A stretch of 64,000 nt of DNA from Parcubacteria group bacterium Gr01-1014_31 (GCA_007376135.1 VMFR01000001.1:77290-141289); one strand, 5' to 3'; shown: positions 17,719 through 27,721, numbered from the stretch's first letter. Notes: generated by a model not told the origin, from the sequence alone. Numbers and translations are program-made.

Positions 17719-18834
17719 ATGGCCTGGCGATTGCCTTTGCGCCGGTTGCGCTACTATGATCTGCTGCTCCTGAGTGCGGTGGTGGTGCTGTGCGCGTTCA
17801 GCCTGGCGGCGTTGTACGGGATCGCAACCGGTTTTGAGACCCCGGATTTCGGCAACCTTCGCAAGCAGGTGCTCTTCATCGCCTTGGGCATGCTCGCGCT
17901 GGTCGCGGTGTCCACGGTCAACACCCAGTGGCTCAAACAGTACGCGGTTGCGGGCTACGCCTTGAGCGCATTGCTCCTGGTTGCTGTGCTGGTGTTCGGT
18001 CAGACGCGGAGCGGTACGACCGGCTGGTTCACGCTCGGTCCGATCGGGTTCCAACCGGTCGAGGTGGCGAAGTTCGCGTTGATCATCCTTCAGGCGCGCC
18101 TCTTGTCCGCGCGGCCCAGCGGGGGCGGGTTGCCGTGGCGGCTGCTGGCCGAGAGCGGTGGGATCACGGCGCTGTACTGCGGCTTGACCCTGCTGCAGCC
18201 GGACTTCGGTTCCGCGATGCTGCTGCTGGTGATATGGCTGGGTATGGTGTTCTTTGCCGGCGTCACCGCGCGGCAGGTGCTGGCGATGGCGGCGGTGGTC
18301 GGGGTCTTGGGGGCGGGCTGGTGGACCTTGTTTTCGCAGGAATATCAGCATGCCCGCATTATCACCTTCTTGAACCCGGCGGCCGACCCCTACGGGCGCG
18401 GCTACCAGGTGCGGCAATCCATCATTGCCGTCGGTGCCGGCCAGCTGCTCGGCCGCGGTCTGGGATCGGGCTCGCAAAGCCAGCTGAAGTTCATCCCCGC
18501 ATCGCAGACGGACTTCATTTTCGCGGTCATTGCCGAGGAGTTGGGGTTGCTGGGCGCCGGGGTAGTCCTGGCGGCGTACCTGGTACTGCTGCTGCGTTTA
18601 GCGGCGCTGGCGCGCCGGGCGGCCGATGATTTTGCCGCTGCGCTGGTGCACGGCATCGCGGTGCTGCTGTTCGTCCATATCGTCATCAACGTCGGGATGA
18701 ACCTGGGGCTCCTGCCCGTGACCGGCATCCCGTTGCCGTTGCTGAGCTACGGCGGCAGCTACCTGGTCATCACCTTGACGCTCCTGGGGGTCGCGCAGAG
18801 CGTCGCGATTTCCAGCGTCAAATATCGTGCCTGA
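17719..18834 (+). CDS. SEDS-family peptidoglycan glycosyltransferase (RodA/FtsW)
   Basis: Ten-TM SEDS protein with 'GYQVRQSIIAVGAGQLLGRGLGSGSQSQLKFIPASQTDFIFAVIAEELG'. ATG at 17719 lies just after the upstream stop. Confidence 0.85.
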   Translation: MAWRLPLRRLRYYDLLLLSAVVVLCAFSLAALYGIATGFETPDFGNLRKQVLFIALGMLALVAVSTVNTQWLKQYAVAGYALSALLLVAVLVFGQTRSGTTGWFTLGPIGFQPVEVAKFALIILQARLLSARPSGGGLPWRLLAESGGITALYCGLTLLQPDFGSAMLLLVIWLGMVFFAGVTARQVLAMAAVVGVLGAGWWTLFSQEYQHARIITFLNPAADPYGRGYQVRQSIIAVGAGQLLGRGLGSGSQSQLKFIPASQTDFIFAVIAEELGLLGAGVVLAAYLVLLLRLAALARRAADDFAAALVHGIAVLLFVHIVINVGMNLGLLPVTGIPLPLLSYGGSYLVITLTLLGVAQSVAISSVKYRA

Positions 18835-18902
18835 CGCCGTTGAGCGCGGGGAGTTGACGCCAGCGGTTTTTTTTGTTACGGTAGGGAGGTTAAGGGGATG
18901 GT

Positions 18903-19247
18903 ATGGCGAATCGTTTCTCGGAACTCTTCGAGCAAGGGTTTGAGCATCTGCGGGTCATCTCGACGTGCCCGATTTGCAATGCCCGTTATCATTCAGCCGA
19001 ATTGAAGATCCTTGAAGAACGTCAGGAGGCGCAGCTGGTTTTCATCCAGTGCCGCAAGTGTCGCTCCTCGGTACTGGCGGTGGTCCTGGCGAGCCAATTG
19101 GGGGTCAGTTCGGTCGGGCTGGTCACGGACTTGAGCGGGGATGACGTGCTGAAGTTTCGCCGGCAGCCGGTGGTTTCCGGCGACGACGTGCTGGACCTCC
19201 ACGAAGCGATACGCCAACCGGATTTCCTGCGACGGTTCGAGCCGTAA
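18903..19247 (+). CDS. hypothetical zinc-ribbon protein
   Basis: 'CPICNARYHS...CRKCRSS' is a four-Cys ribbon. No other recognisable domain. Confidence 0.4.
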   Translation: MANRFSELFEQGFEHLRVISTCPICNARYHSAELKILEERQEAQLVFIQCRKCRSSVLAVVLASQLGVSSVGLVTDLSGDDVLKFRRQPVVSGDDVLDLHEAIRQPDFLRRFEP

Positions 19248-19265
19248 TTTTCTGAATACCTTACT

Positions 19266-19964
19266 ATGGACAGCATTCAACTGCGCGTGGAGACCCGCGA
19301 GGCGGTGGGGAGTAAAAAGAGCAACGTGCTACGCCAGTCGGGGAAGATCCCGGCGGTTTTGTACGGACATAAAGTGAAGAACCACAGTTTGCTGGCGGGC
19401 CGTTCCGATTTTTTGAAACTCTACCATCGGGCCGGGGAAAGCACCCTCATCGATCTGGTCGTGGACAGCGGCGCACCGGTCAAGGTGCTCATCCAGGACG
19501 TGCAGGTCGACCCGTTGACCCAGCAGCCTATCCACGTCGATTTCCGCCAAGTGAACCTCAAGGAAAAGATCACTGCTCGGATCAAGTTGCGCTTTATTGG
19601 CGTCTCGCAGGCCGTCAAGGAGCATGGCGGCGTGCTGATGACCAACCTTTCCGATATCGAGGTCTCTTGTTTGCCGCAGGACCTGGTCGGTGAGATCGTC
19701 GTTGATATTTCCGCGCTCAAAACCTTCAATGATTACCTGCACGTAAAGGACCTGGCGTTACCGACCAGCGTCACCCCGACCGCCAAAGCCGAGGAAGTCG
19801 TCGCCCACGTCATCCCGCCGCGCAGCGAGGAAGAGCTGAAAGCGCTCGACGCTCAGCCGGCGGCTGCCGCGCCTGCGGAAGTGCCGGTGGCCGGCAAGGA
19901 ACAAAAGGAGGAGAATGCCGCTGAAGGAGCCGCGGCCGGTGCGACCCCTGCCGCCAAAACCTAG
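19266..19964 (+). CDS. rplY: 50S ribosomal protein L25 / general stress protein Ctc
   Basis: 'LRVETREAVGSKKSNVLRQSGKIPAVLYGHKVKNHSLLAGRSDFLKLYHRAGESTLIDLVVD' is the L25/Ctc N-domain, with a C-terminal extension. Confidence 0.85.
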   Translation: MDSIQLRVETREAVGSKKSNVLRQSGKIPAVLYGHKVKNHSLLAGRSDFLKLYHRAGESTLIDLVVDSGAPVKVLIQDVQVDPLTQQPIHVDFRQVNLKEKITARIKLRFIGVSQAVKEHGGVLMTNLSDIEVSCLPQDLVGEIVVDISALKTFNDYLHVKDLALPTSVTPTAKAEEVVAHVIPPRSEEELKALDAQPAAAAPAEVPVAGKEQKEENAAEGAAAGATPAAKT

Positions 19965-21045
19965 CCAGCCGCGACGCGGCCAAACCAAAGGCGGTGCTTT
20001 CCTCATCACCGTCGGTGTTGCAGCAGCCCTGATCGGGGGGCTGCTGCTGGTTTTTTTAGGCACCAGCTTCGCCGTGTTGTCCGACCGCCCCAAGCCGATC
20101 GTGCTGCTCACCATCGGTACCGCGGCGGCGCCGGAACCTCCCCTGGAATTACCCGCCGCACTGCGCCCGGGGGACGTGCCGGTTGCCGTCATGGTTGAAA
20201 ATCACATCGATTCGCGGCCGGCAGCGGGCCTGCAGCGCGCGCGGGTGGTCTACGAAGCGCCGGCGGAGGGCGGTATCACCCGCTACCTGGCGATTTTTTC
20301 ACTTCAGGACCTGCCCGCGCGCATCGGCCCGGTCCGGTCCGTGCGGCCATACTTTGCCGCTTGGGCGATGCAATGGGGGGCTGCCTTATTTCATAGCGGC
20401 GGGAGCCCCGCGGCGTTAGCCCAGCTGCGCGCCTCGCCGCTTCCCAACATCGACGAGATCTCCTCCTACGGCCGGTACTTTTGGCGCGATAACGACCGCG
20501 CACGGCCGCATAATCTCTACACGTCCGACCGCCTCATCCGTCAGGCGTTCGATAATCTCGGGTTGCCCCAGCAAGTCTCCTTTACCCCGCTCCCGCTGGA
20601 AACCAATGCGGCGTCCCGCGGGGAGGCCGCCGATGCCGGCGCGCTGGTGGTCGCGGATGATGTCGATTACTGCGCGGGATACCGCTGGAATACGGCGTTG
20701 CGCGCCTATGAGCGTTTTTTGGGCGGCGTTGTGCAGCAAACCCAGGATGGCGCCCAGCTGTATACCAGGAACGTCCTGCTCATGGTCGTGAAGGCCAACG
20801 TGCTTGACCGTGAGGGCCGTCTGAAGCTGGAGTTGGATGGGGAAGGGCCGTTAACTGCCCTAGTGGATGGACGCACGGTCGAGGGCACATGGCGGCGGAG
20901 GGGTGGCACGACCAGTTATCTCGCCGCGGACGGCAGTTCCCTGCAATTCGTCGACGGACCGCTCTGGGTGACGGTGGTGACCGATGCCGACGCCGTGTGG
21001 CTACTTTCCGAGGGTACCGATGACACGATGCTGCGTTGTCGGTAG
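19915..21045 (+). CDS. DUF3048 domain lipoprotein-like protein (start uncertain)
   Basis: TM/signal segment then 'VAVMVENHIDSRPAAGLQRARVVYEAPAEGGITRYLAIF', the DUF3048 core. Overlaps the rplY 3' end. Confidence 0.6.
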   Translation: MPLKEPRPVRPLPPKPSQPRRGQTKGGAFLITVGVAAALIGGLLLVFLGTSFAVLSDRPKPIVLLTIGTAAAPEPPLELPAALRPGDVPVAVMVENHIDSRPAAGLQRARVVYEAPAEGGITRYLAIFSLQDLPARIGPVRSVRPYFAAWAMQWGAALFHSGGSPAALAQLRASPLPNIDEISSYGRYFWRDNDRARPHNLYTSDRLIRQAFDNLGLPQQVSFTPLPLETNAASRGEAADAGALVVADDVDYCAGYRWNTALRAYERFLGGVVQQTQDGAQLYTRNVLLMVVKANVLDREGRLKLELDGEGPLTALVDGRTVEGTWRRRGGTTSYLAADGSSLQFVDGPLWVTVVTDADAVWLLSEGTDDTMLRCR

Positions 21046-21123
21046 AAAATTTTTATATCCACGGTTTGACGCGTAATTGTTCCTCCGCAGTGGTTTTGCA
21101 GCGCCAACCATAACTTTTTTTGT

Positions 21124-21163
21124 TTTGCGGGGGCTCCGATCGCACCCCACCGCATAAACCCCG
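21124..21163 (-). terminator. intrinsic terminator for the minus-strand prfA-prmC unit
   Basis: GC-rich hairpin gcgggggctccgatcgcaccccaccgc preceded on + by a T-run, which is a U-tract on the minus strand. Confidence 0.5.
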
Positions 21164-21234
21164 GTTACTCCGTCAGCCAACGGCCGGTGGTCACCGTCAA
21201 TCTTTATTCCCACCGGGCATCGCCCCGCGGGAAT

Positions 21235-22089
21235 TTATCCCTTGGGAACGGGTCTGGCGAGGTCCAGAGTGAGAACGACGATACCGCCGCCGGCCGCTGT
21301 CGGTATCGCCCGGCAGCGGCCGAGCCGACGGTACGCGACTGCAAGAAATTTCTGCTGCTGGTCTGCCCGCAGTTCGCAGACCACATAGCGCGGCCGTTGT
21401 CGGCGTTCAGCCAGCTGGGAAAGCAGCCGGCGATAGCAGTTCAGGCCGTCGCCTCCGGACCATAATGCCCGTTGCGGTTCATGGCGCAGGGTTTTTGCTG
21501 CGTTATTGCGCTCACCACTCGGCAGATAGGGCAGGTTGGCGACCAGGACATCCATCGCAGAACGGCGCAGCGGTTCGAGCAGGTTGCCTTTGCTGAACGC
21601 GATCTTCGCGCCCATTTTTTTGGCGTTGCGCCGCGCGATCTTCAGCGCCCCGGCGGAGCGGTCAACGGCGGAAACCACGGCGCCGGTACGATGGCGGGCG
21701 AGTGCAATGGCAATGCCTCCGGCGCCAGTGCCGATATCCGCATAGCGCACCCGCTGCTTGCCCGGCAGCAGGGCCAGTGCCGTTTCCACCACCGACTCCG
21801 TTTCGGGACGCGGTACCAGTACGTGGCGGTCAACCGCCAACGGCAGACCGAAAAATTCCTTTTCCCCCGTCAGGTAAGCGACGGGACGGCCGCGCAATCG
21901 GAACGCGATGAGTCGGGCGTAGCGGCGCGTGATGGGGCCAGGTACGTCCATTTCTGGATGGGAAAGCAGGTGGACCCGCGGATGGCCAAGGACATGGGCA
22001 AGTAGTGTTTCCGCATCCAAAAAAGGCGTCGCGAAATGTTGCGCCGCCAATCGACCAGCCGCTTTTTTCGTGAGTACGTCAACGCGCAT
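21235..22089 (-). CDS. prmC: release factor glutamine N5-methyltransferase PrmC (HemK)
   Basis: 'LVPRPETE', '[14 protein letters not shown]' and '[10 protein letters not shown]' (NPPY-type) motifs. Immediately downstream of prfA. Confidence 0.85.
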   Translation of the reverse strand: MRVDVLTKKAAGRLAAQHFATPFLDAETLLAHVLGHPRVHLLSHPEMDVPGPITRRYARLIAFRLRGRPVAYLTGEKEFFGLPLAVDRHVLVPRPETESVVETALALLPGKQRVRYADIGTGAGGIAIALARHRTGAVVSAVDRSAGALKIARRNAKKMGAKIAFSKGNLLEPLRRSAMDVLVANLPYLPSGERNNAAKTLRHEPQRALWSGGDGLNCYRRLLSQLAERRQRPRYVVCELRADQQQKFLAVAYRRLGRCRAIPTAAGGGIVVLTLDLARPVPKG

Positions 22090-23137
22090 CAGGAGGCGCG
22101 GCGGCTGCCCGCTGCAATGCGTTAATCATTTCACCCAGGTCGCCATCCATGATTCCCTTGAGGTTGTGCCGGCTGAATCCGATGCGGTGGTCGGTCAGGC
22201 GGTCCTGGGGAAAGTTGTAGGTACGGATCTTTTCCGAGCGGTCACCGCTGCCGATCTGGGAGCGGCGGGCATCGCCGCGCTCGCGTTCCTGGCGTTCACG
22301 TTCGGCGGCAAACAGCCGCGACCGCAGCACCGCCATGGCTTTGATCTTGTTCTGCCGTTGGGAGCGCTCATCCTGGCAGGTGACGACCACCCCGGTCGGC
22401 AGGTGGGTGATACGGACTGCCGAGTCCGTGGTGTTGACGGACTGGCCGCCATGACCGCCGGCGCGAAAAACGTCGATGCGCAGGTCTTCCGTTTTGACCG
22501 CGATGTCCACTTCTTCAGCCTCCGGCAGCACGGCGACGGTAACGGTGCTGGTGTGCACGCGGCCGGCCTTTTCGGTCTCGGGGGTGCGTTGCACCCGGTG
22601 CGTACCGCTCTCATATTGCAGCTGCCCGTAGGCGCCGCGGCCCACGATCCGGAAGACCACTTCCTTAAAACCGCCGAGTTCCGTGCGCGCCACATCCATC
22701 AAGGAGACCTTCCAGCCCTGGCGCTCGGCGAAGCGGCTGTACAGGCGGAACAGCTCGGCGGCAAACAGCGCCGCCTCCTCGCCGCCGGCGCCCGCCCTGA
22801 TCTCCATAATAAGGTTGCGCCCTGCCATTGGGTCATCGGCCAGGCGCAGGACCTCCAGCCGCCGTTCCAGCACTTCACGCCGCCGCAGCAGTTCATCCAA
22901 TTCGGTGCGGGCAAGGCCGGCCAGCTCCTGGTCGTCGGAGGCGATCGCGCGCGTGGTATCGTCGATGGCGTGTTCCAGGCGCTCCAGTTCAGAGATGCCT
23001 TGTGCGCGTTCTTCCAGCAGCCGGTACTCTTGGCTTAACGCCTTCAGCCGCTCGGGTTGAGCGGTTTGTGCCGGGTCCTGCAGCATCTGCTCCAATTCGC
23101 GGAATCGCAGGAGAATCTTGTGGTCGCGCGGGTCCAT
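22079..23137 (-). CDS. prfA: peptide chain release factor 1
   Basis: '[28 protein letters not shown]' (GGQ motif). Start chosen at '[10 protein letters not shown]'; the track extends to 23164. Confidence 0.9.
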   Translation of the reverse strand: MDPRDHKILLRFRELEQMLQDPAQTAQPERLKALSQEYRLLEERAQGISELERLEHAIDDTTRAIASDDQELAGLARTELDELLRRREVLERRLEVLRLADDPMAGRNLIMEIRAGAGGEEAALFAAELFRLYSRFAERQGWKVSLMDVARTELGGFKEVVFRIVGRGAYGQLQYESGTHRVQRTPETEKAGRVHTSTVTVAVLPEAEEVDIAVKTEDLRIDVFRAGGHGGQSVNTTDSAVRITHLPTGVVVTCQDERSQRQNKIKAMAVLRSRLFAAERERQERERGDARRSQIGSGDRSEKIRTYNFPQDRLTDHRIGFSRHNLKGIMDGDLGEMINALQRAAAAPPDAR

Positions 23138-23204
23138 GGGAAAAATGCAAAAGGAAAAATTCAAAATGCAAAAGTTAGGAAGGCGGAAATTATCATCATT
23201 ATAG

Positions 23205-23242
23205 TAGCAAAAACCTCTGACCCGAACGAGCCAGAGGTTTTG
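23205..23242. terminator. bidirectional terminator after rpmE
   Basis: aaaaa-cctctg-acccgaacgagc-cagagg-tttt. Confidence 0.6.
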
Positions 23243-23254
23243 AATTGCAGGCGG

Positions 23255-23584
23255 TTAGGAACTCGCGGCCGGCGGTTTGCTCAACCCTGGTTCGCGCTCC
23301 AGTTTCGGTTTCTTGGTCGCCTTGCGGGCTGCCGCGCGTTCCTTTTTGACCTTGCGGCCTTTGCGGCCAGCAGCGGCGACGGTCTGTTTGCCGGCGCGCG
23401 CCTCAAAGCGTTCCACTCGACGAGCCGTGTCCAGGAGCTTCTGCTTGCCGGTGTAGAACGGGTGGCAATTGGAGCAGATTTCCACGTGCAGTTCGGGCAT
23501 GGTAGAGCCGACCGTGAACGTACGGCCGCAGGCGCAGATGACCTTGGCGTCGGGGTAGTATTTCGGGTGAATTTCAGGCTTCAT
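23255..23584 (-). CDS. rpmE: 50S ribosomal protein L31 with extended Lys/Ala-rich C-terminus
   Basis: '[46 protein letters not shown]' is canonical L31. 109 aa versus a typical ~70. Confidence 0.85.
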   Translation of the reverse strand: MKPEIHPKYYPDAKVICACGRTFTVGSTMPELHVEICSNCHPFYTGKQKLLDTARRVERFEARAGKQTVAAAGRKGRKVKKERAAARKATKKPKLEREPGLSKPPAASS

Positions 23585-23665
23585 AGGGTGTGATTTCAGG
23601 TTGTACGGTGAAGCCTACCATACTTTTCGCTGCAGTTCAAGCCCCTGGAGCCAACGCCCGCGGGG

Positions 23666-23694
23666 TTGACAGATGAGGCGGTTTTCGGTAGTAT
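23666..23694 (+). promoter_or_regulatory. sigma70-like promoter for rpsB-tsf
   Basis: TTGACA (23666-23671), 17-nt spacer, TAGTAT (23689-23694). Confidence 0.55.
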
Positions 23695-23707
23695 AGTTCG
23701 CGGGACT

Positions 23708-23725
23708 AAGGCACGTGCCTTTTTT
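23708..23725 (+). promoter_or_regulatory. rpsB leader hairpin with U-tract (attenuator-like)
   Basis: Palindrome AAGGCACGTGCCTT followed by ttttcattttc inside a ~150-nt 5' UTR. A second 9-bp hairpin ggcccgatg/catcgggcc lies just before the RBS. Confidence 0.4.
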
Positions 23726-23851
23726 CATTTTCATTCATAACATCACATCCTGCTGACCGGCCGCCGGATCCTGGTCCGATGTCTATCGGACTCCCAGCGG
23801 TACGCAGGAGAGGGGCCCGATGCTTCATCGGGCCAGAAAGGAAATACACCT

Positions 23852-24586
23852 ATGCCGGAGTTACCGTCGTTGTTGGAGCTGTTCCGGGCCGGAGTGCAGT
23901 TTGGCCACCAGGTGTCCAAGCGCTACCCGAAGATGCAGCAGTACATTTTTACGGTCAAGAACGGAGTTCATATCATCAACCTCGAGCAGACGCGCCAAAA
24001 GCTGGCGGAAGCGCTCGAGTATCTCACGACCGTTACCGCCCAGGGGGGCACCGTTCTATTCCTGGGCACCAAAGAACAGGCTGCGCCGATCATCGCGAAG
24101 TACGCGCAGTCGGTTGGCATGCCGTACGTCAAAAATCGCTGGCTGGGCGGCACGTTCACGAATTTCCTCGAGATTTCCCGCGTCATCCAGCGTTTCCAGG
24201 ACCTGAAGCGCAAGCGCGATACTGGCGAGCTGGAAAAGTATACCAAGAAAGAGCGCCTGGAGTTCGACCGCGAGATCGAACGTTTGGATTTGCTGGTGGG
24301 CGGCATCGAGCATCTGCGCAAGATTCCAGAGGCGATGTTCGTCATTGACGTGAAGCGCGAGCATATCGCGATCGCCGAGGCGAAGCGTAAGCGCGTGCCG
24401 ATCGTCGCGCTGTGCGACACCAACGTCAATCCGGCGCCGGTGGCGTACGCCATTCCTGGCAACGACGACGCCATCAAGTCCATCGAATTGGTGACCAAAC
24501 TTGCGGCCGATGCGGTCGCGGAAGGTCTGCGGCGGCGTCAGGGCGCGGCAGATGCGTCGAAAGCCGCGGCGACCACGGAAAAATAA
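23852..24586 (+). CDS. rpsB: 30S ribosomal protein S2
   Basis: 'LLELFRAGVQFGHQVSKRYPKMQQYIFTVKNGVHIINLEQT' is canonical S2. Confidence 0.95.
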   Translation: MPELPSLLELFRAGVQFGHQVSKRYPKMQQYIFTVKNGVHIINLEQTRQKLAEALEYLTTVTAQGGTVLFLGTKEQAAPIIAKYAQSVGMPYVKNRWLGGTFTNFLEISRVIQRFQDLKRKRDTGELEKYTKKERLEFDREIERLDLLVGGIEHLRKIPEAMFVIDVKREHIAIAEAKRKRVPIVALCDTNVNPAPVAYAIPGNDDAIKSIELVTKLAADAVAEGLRRRQGAADASKAAATTEK

Positions 24587-24616
24587 TTGCCCGCGCGTTG
24601 GCGCGGTTGAAGGAGT

Positions 24617-25216
24617 TTGCCTATGGGCGTCGATACTGCGTTGATCGTGGAACTGCGGAGGCGGACCGGCGTGGGTTTCGCCGATTGCCAGCGGGCCCTG
24701 GAGAAGAGCCAGGGAGATATGGACAAGGCGGTCGTCGTCCTGCGGGAAATGGGGGCGTTGAAGGCGGCCAAGAAGCTGGCTGAGCGCACGGCCAACCAGG
24801 GCGTCGTCGCGGCGTACATCCACGCCGGTGGGCGGGTGGGCGCCATGGTGGAGGTCAACTGTGAGACTGATTTCGTGGCCCGTAATGACGAGTTCAAGCA
24901 GTTCGCGTACGACCTGGCTATGCACGTGGCCGCTGCCGCGCCGGCCTACCTGAGCCCGGAAACCGTTCCGGCCGAGGCGGTCGCCCGCGAGCGTGAGATC
25001 TATCTGACCCAGGTCCAGCAGGCGGGCAAGCCAGCGGAGCTGGCGGAAAAGATCGTCAGCGGTAAATTGCAGCAGTTCTACCGCGAGAATTGCTTGCTGC
25101 AGCAGCCCTATATCAAGGATGACAGCCGCACGATTCAGCAGCTGCTGGAAGCGATGGTGGCCAAGCTCGGGGAGAAAGTGGTCATCGGTCGCTTTACCCG
25201 TTATCAGATCGGCTAG
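24617..25216 (+). CDS. tsf: elongation factor Ts (short form, 199 aa)
   Basis: 'ALIVELRRRTGVGFADCQRALEKSQGDMDKAVVVLREMG' is the UBA-like N-domain, followed by a single core domain. Confidence 0.9.
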   Translation: MPMGVDTALIVELRRRTGVGFADCQRALEKSQGDMDKAVVVLREMGALKAAKKLAERTANQGVVAAYIHAGGRVGAMVEVNCETDFVARNDEFKQFAYDLAMHVAAAAPAYLSPETVPAEAVAREREIYLTQVQQAGKPAELAEKIVSGKLQQFYRENCLLQQPYIKDDSRTIQQLLEAMVAKLGEKVVIGRFTRYQIG

Positions 25217-25220
25217 GCCT

Positions 25221-26369
25221 ATGCGACGCAATTCCCGCATTCCCTGGGTGGTAGCAGCGCTGGCCGTGGGGATCTCCCTGGCGGCTTGCAGTCGCCGTCC
25301 TGCGCCTGTTCCGGTCGCGCCGGTTTCCCCTTCAGTGCCGGAGACTGGCACGGTGTTGGATATTTCCGGCCGCGATCAGCAGGTCGTGCTGACGGCGCCC
25401 GGCGACGTGCTGACCGTGCCCCTGATCGGCGCCGCGGACGGTCGGATGCAATGGTCGTTCCGTGCCCCGATCAGGGGCGGTTTCCTGACGATGAAGGCGC
25501 ATACCGTGACCACGGATGATGCGCGCCTGAAGCCCGGCGAACAGGTGTCGGAGTGGACATTCAAGATCGAACAGGCAGCGACGTTCCCGCTACGGTTCGA
25601 ATACCACAATCCGACGTCCAAACTTGCGCCGGTGAAAGTTTTTTCCGTGCTGGTAGTGGCGGATCGCGCCGAGGCACAATTGGCGGATGTTCTAGCGGAT
25701 GTTGAGAAATTATCGGCGACCGGCGGGACTGCGGTCATCAGCGGTTTTGCGCGCGCCGCAGTCGAGCAGGTGCGATACGTTTTACAGGACGATGCCGGGA
25801 CGACGGTCGCCAGCGGTGTCATTTCGATCCCGGAGGCCGATGCCGGTTTCCGACGTTTTGAGAAAACCGTGTGGTTTGCTCTGCCGCGCACACCGAACGG
25901 CACTCTGCTGTTGACCCCGAGCGCTGAAGATCTAGCCGCCGAGCCACAGCCGCTCACGGTTCCGGCGGTATTCCGTACCGATCTGATGACCGTGCAGGTG
26001 TACTTCGGCAGCGAAAAATTCGATCCCGAGGCGACGTGCACGAGGGTGTTTCCGGTCGCCCGTTACCTGCCAAAGTCCGCCGGTGCCGGAAAGGCGGCGC
26101 TTGGGGCACTGCTCGCCGGTCCAACCGCAGCAGAGCGGAATCAGCGCTACTTCACCAGCCTGCCGGCGAATGTTAAACTGAAAACTTTGGAGATCAGTAA
26201 TGGGATAGCCCGGGCGGACTTTACTCCCAGTCTGGAACTTGGGGTGGGGGGCAGTTGCCGTGTGACCGCGATCCGCGCGCAGTTGACGGAAACCTTGAAG
26301 CAGTTCCCGACCGTCAGCGAGGTCATCATATCCATTGACGGGAGAACCGAGGACATTCTTCAGCCCTAG
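25221..26369 (+). CDS. lipoprotein with C-terminal GerMN domain
   Basis: Signal peptide plus lipobox 'LAAC' at ATG 25221. C-terminus 'AALGALLAGPTAAERNQRYFTSLPANVKLKTLEISNGIARADF' is GerMN-like. Confidence 0.55.
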   Translation: MRRNSRIPWVVAALAVGISLAACSRRPAPVPVAPVSPSVPETGTVLDISGRDQQVVLTAPGDVLTVPLIGAADGRMQWSFRAPIRGGFLTMKAHTVTTDDARLKPGEQVSEWTFKIEQAATFPLRFEYHNPTSKLAPVKVFSVLVVADRAEAQLADVLADVEKLSATGGTAVISGFARAAVEQVRYVLQDDAGTTVASGVISIPEADAGFRRFEKTVWFALPRTPNGTLLLTPSAEDLAAEPQPLTVPAVFRTDLMTVQVYFGSEKFDPEATCTRVFPVARYLPKSAGAGKAALGALLAGPTAAERNQRYFTSLPANVKLKTLEISNGIARADFTPSLELGVGGSCRVTAIRAQLTETLKQFPTVSEVIISIDGRTEDILQP

Positions 26370-26392
26370 CTCAAGGCTTCTTCGCAACACCA

Positions 26393-26421
26393 CAGGCCGG
26401 TGCCATGCCGGCCTGTTTTTT
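26393..26421 (+). terminator. intrinsic terminator after lipoprotein gene
   Basis: aggccgg-tgccatg-ccggcct followed by gtttttt. Confidence 0.7.
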
Positions 26422-26444
26422 GTTCCCGCCGCATTTTTTTGACG

Positions 26445-26474
26445 TTGAGCCGCCGACGGCAGCTATGGTATACT
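26445..26474 (+). promoter_or_regulatory. gap promoter with extended -10
   Basis: TTGAGC (26445-26450), 18-nt spacer, TGgTATACT (26466-26474). Confidence 0.5.
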
Positions 26475-26500
26475 GCGTTCATTCATCATTTCACCATTGT

Positions 26501-27514
26501 ATGAGCATTCGTGTCGCCATTAACGGTTTTGGGAGGGTTGGGCGCGCCGCGTTCCGGGTCGCGCTGGAGAAAAAAAACGTGCAGGTGGTCGGTATCAACG
26601 ATATTACCGAGCCCAAGGTGCTGGCGCACCTTTTGAAGTACGACACCGTCTACCGGACGTTCCCGGGCAAGGTGGAATTTTCGGCGGACGCGCTGGTCGT
26701 GGACGGCAAGCGCTATCCGGTCAGCGCTATCAAGGAGCCCGACCAGTTGCCGTGGAAAAAACTCCGGGTCGACGTCGTATTGGAATGCACGGGGCGTTTC
26801 ACCAGCGCAGCGGAGGCGGGACGTCACTTGCGCGCCGGTGCCAAACGCGTGGTCATATCGGCGCCGGCAAAGGACGATGCGACGCAAACCCTGGTTCTGG
26901 GGACCGTTGAAACTCGGAAGCGTATTCATGATAAGAAAGCGGCGGAGGTCGTATCGAACGCGTCGTGCACCACCAACTGCATCTCTCCGGTCATTCAAGT
27001 GTTGGAAAACGCTTTCGGCGTCCAGAAAGCGATGATGACTACCATCCATTCGTATACCGCCGATCAGAATCTGGTGGACGGACCCCACCGCGATCTGCGA
27101 CGGGCGCGCGCCGCGTCGCAAAGCATGATCCCGACGTCAACGGGCGCCGCGATCGCGACGACCAAGGTGATCTCCTCTTTGCGTTCGCGGTTCGACGGTA
27201 TTGCCATCCGGGTGCCGACCGTTTGCGTTTCGATCTCGGACGTCACCGCCCTGCTGAAAAAGAACACGACGGTGGATGAGGTGAACGCCGCGTTTACGGC
27301 TGCCGAAAAAGACCCGCTGTACGCCGGCGTTTTAGGGGTGAGCATCGCGCCGTTGGTCTCCAGTGATTATATCGGCGACCCGCGTTCCGCGATCGTTGAT
27401 CCGGAGTTCACGTGCGTCGTGGGTGGCAACCTGGTGAAGGTGCTCGCATGGTATGACAACGAGTGGGGCTATGCGCATCGTCTGGTGGAATTGGCAATGG
27501 CAGTGAGCAATTGA
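26501..27514 (+). CDS. gap: glyceraldehyde-3-phosphate dehydrogenase, type I
   Basis: 'IRVAINGFGRVGR' and 'SNASCTTNCISP' (catalytic Cys). ATG at 26501. Confidence 0.95.
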   Translation: MSIRVAINGFGRVGRAAFRVALEKKNVQVVGINDITEPKVLAHLLKYDTVYRTFPGKVEFSADALVVDGKRYPVSAIKEPDQLPWKKLRVDVVLECTGRFTSAAEAGRHLRAGAKRVVISAPAKDDATQTLVLGTVETRKRIHDKKAAEVVSNASCTTNCISPVIQVLENAFGVQKAMMTTIHSYTADQNLVDGPHRDLRRARAASQSMIPTSTGAAIATTKVISSLRSRFDGIAIRVPTVCVSISDVTALLKKNTTVDEVNAAFTAAEKDPLYAGVLGVSIAPLVSSDYIGDPRSAIVDPEFTCVVGGNLVKVLAWYDNEWGYAHRLVELAMAVSN

Positions 27515-27550
27515 TCACCCAGAGGAAATCATTTATTCAGTAACGAACTT

Positions 27551-27697
27551 ATGCCAAAGCAACCAACTCCGACGGAGAATTCCAAGAAACCCTCCACCGG
27601 TCATTGCGGTGACGGCGCTTGCAGCCACCAGGATGCGAACGGTGCGAAGGCGGGCGAGTGCTGCGGGGGCGGCGGTTCCTGTGATTGCTGCGATTAA
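27551..27697 (+). CDS. small Cys-rich peptide (48 aa), possible metallothionein-like protein
   Basis: ATG 27551 to TAA 27697 encodes 'MPKQPTPTENSKKPSTGHCGDGACSHQDANGAKAGECCGGGGSCDCCD' (9 Cys, 2 His). Not in the ORF track (<60 aa). Sits between gap and pgk. Confidence 0.4.
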   Translation: MPKQPTPTENSKKPSTGHCGDGACSHQDANGAKAGECCGGGGSCDCCD

Positions 27698-27721
27698 CGA
27701 TCGCGGCCGCGCAACGTTCCA

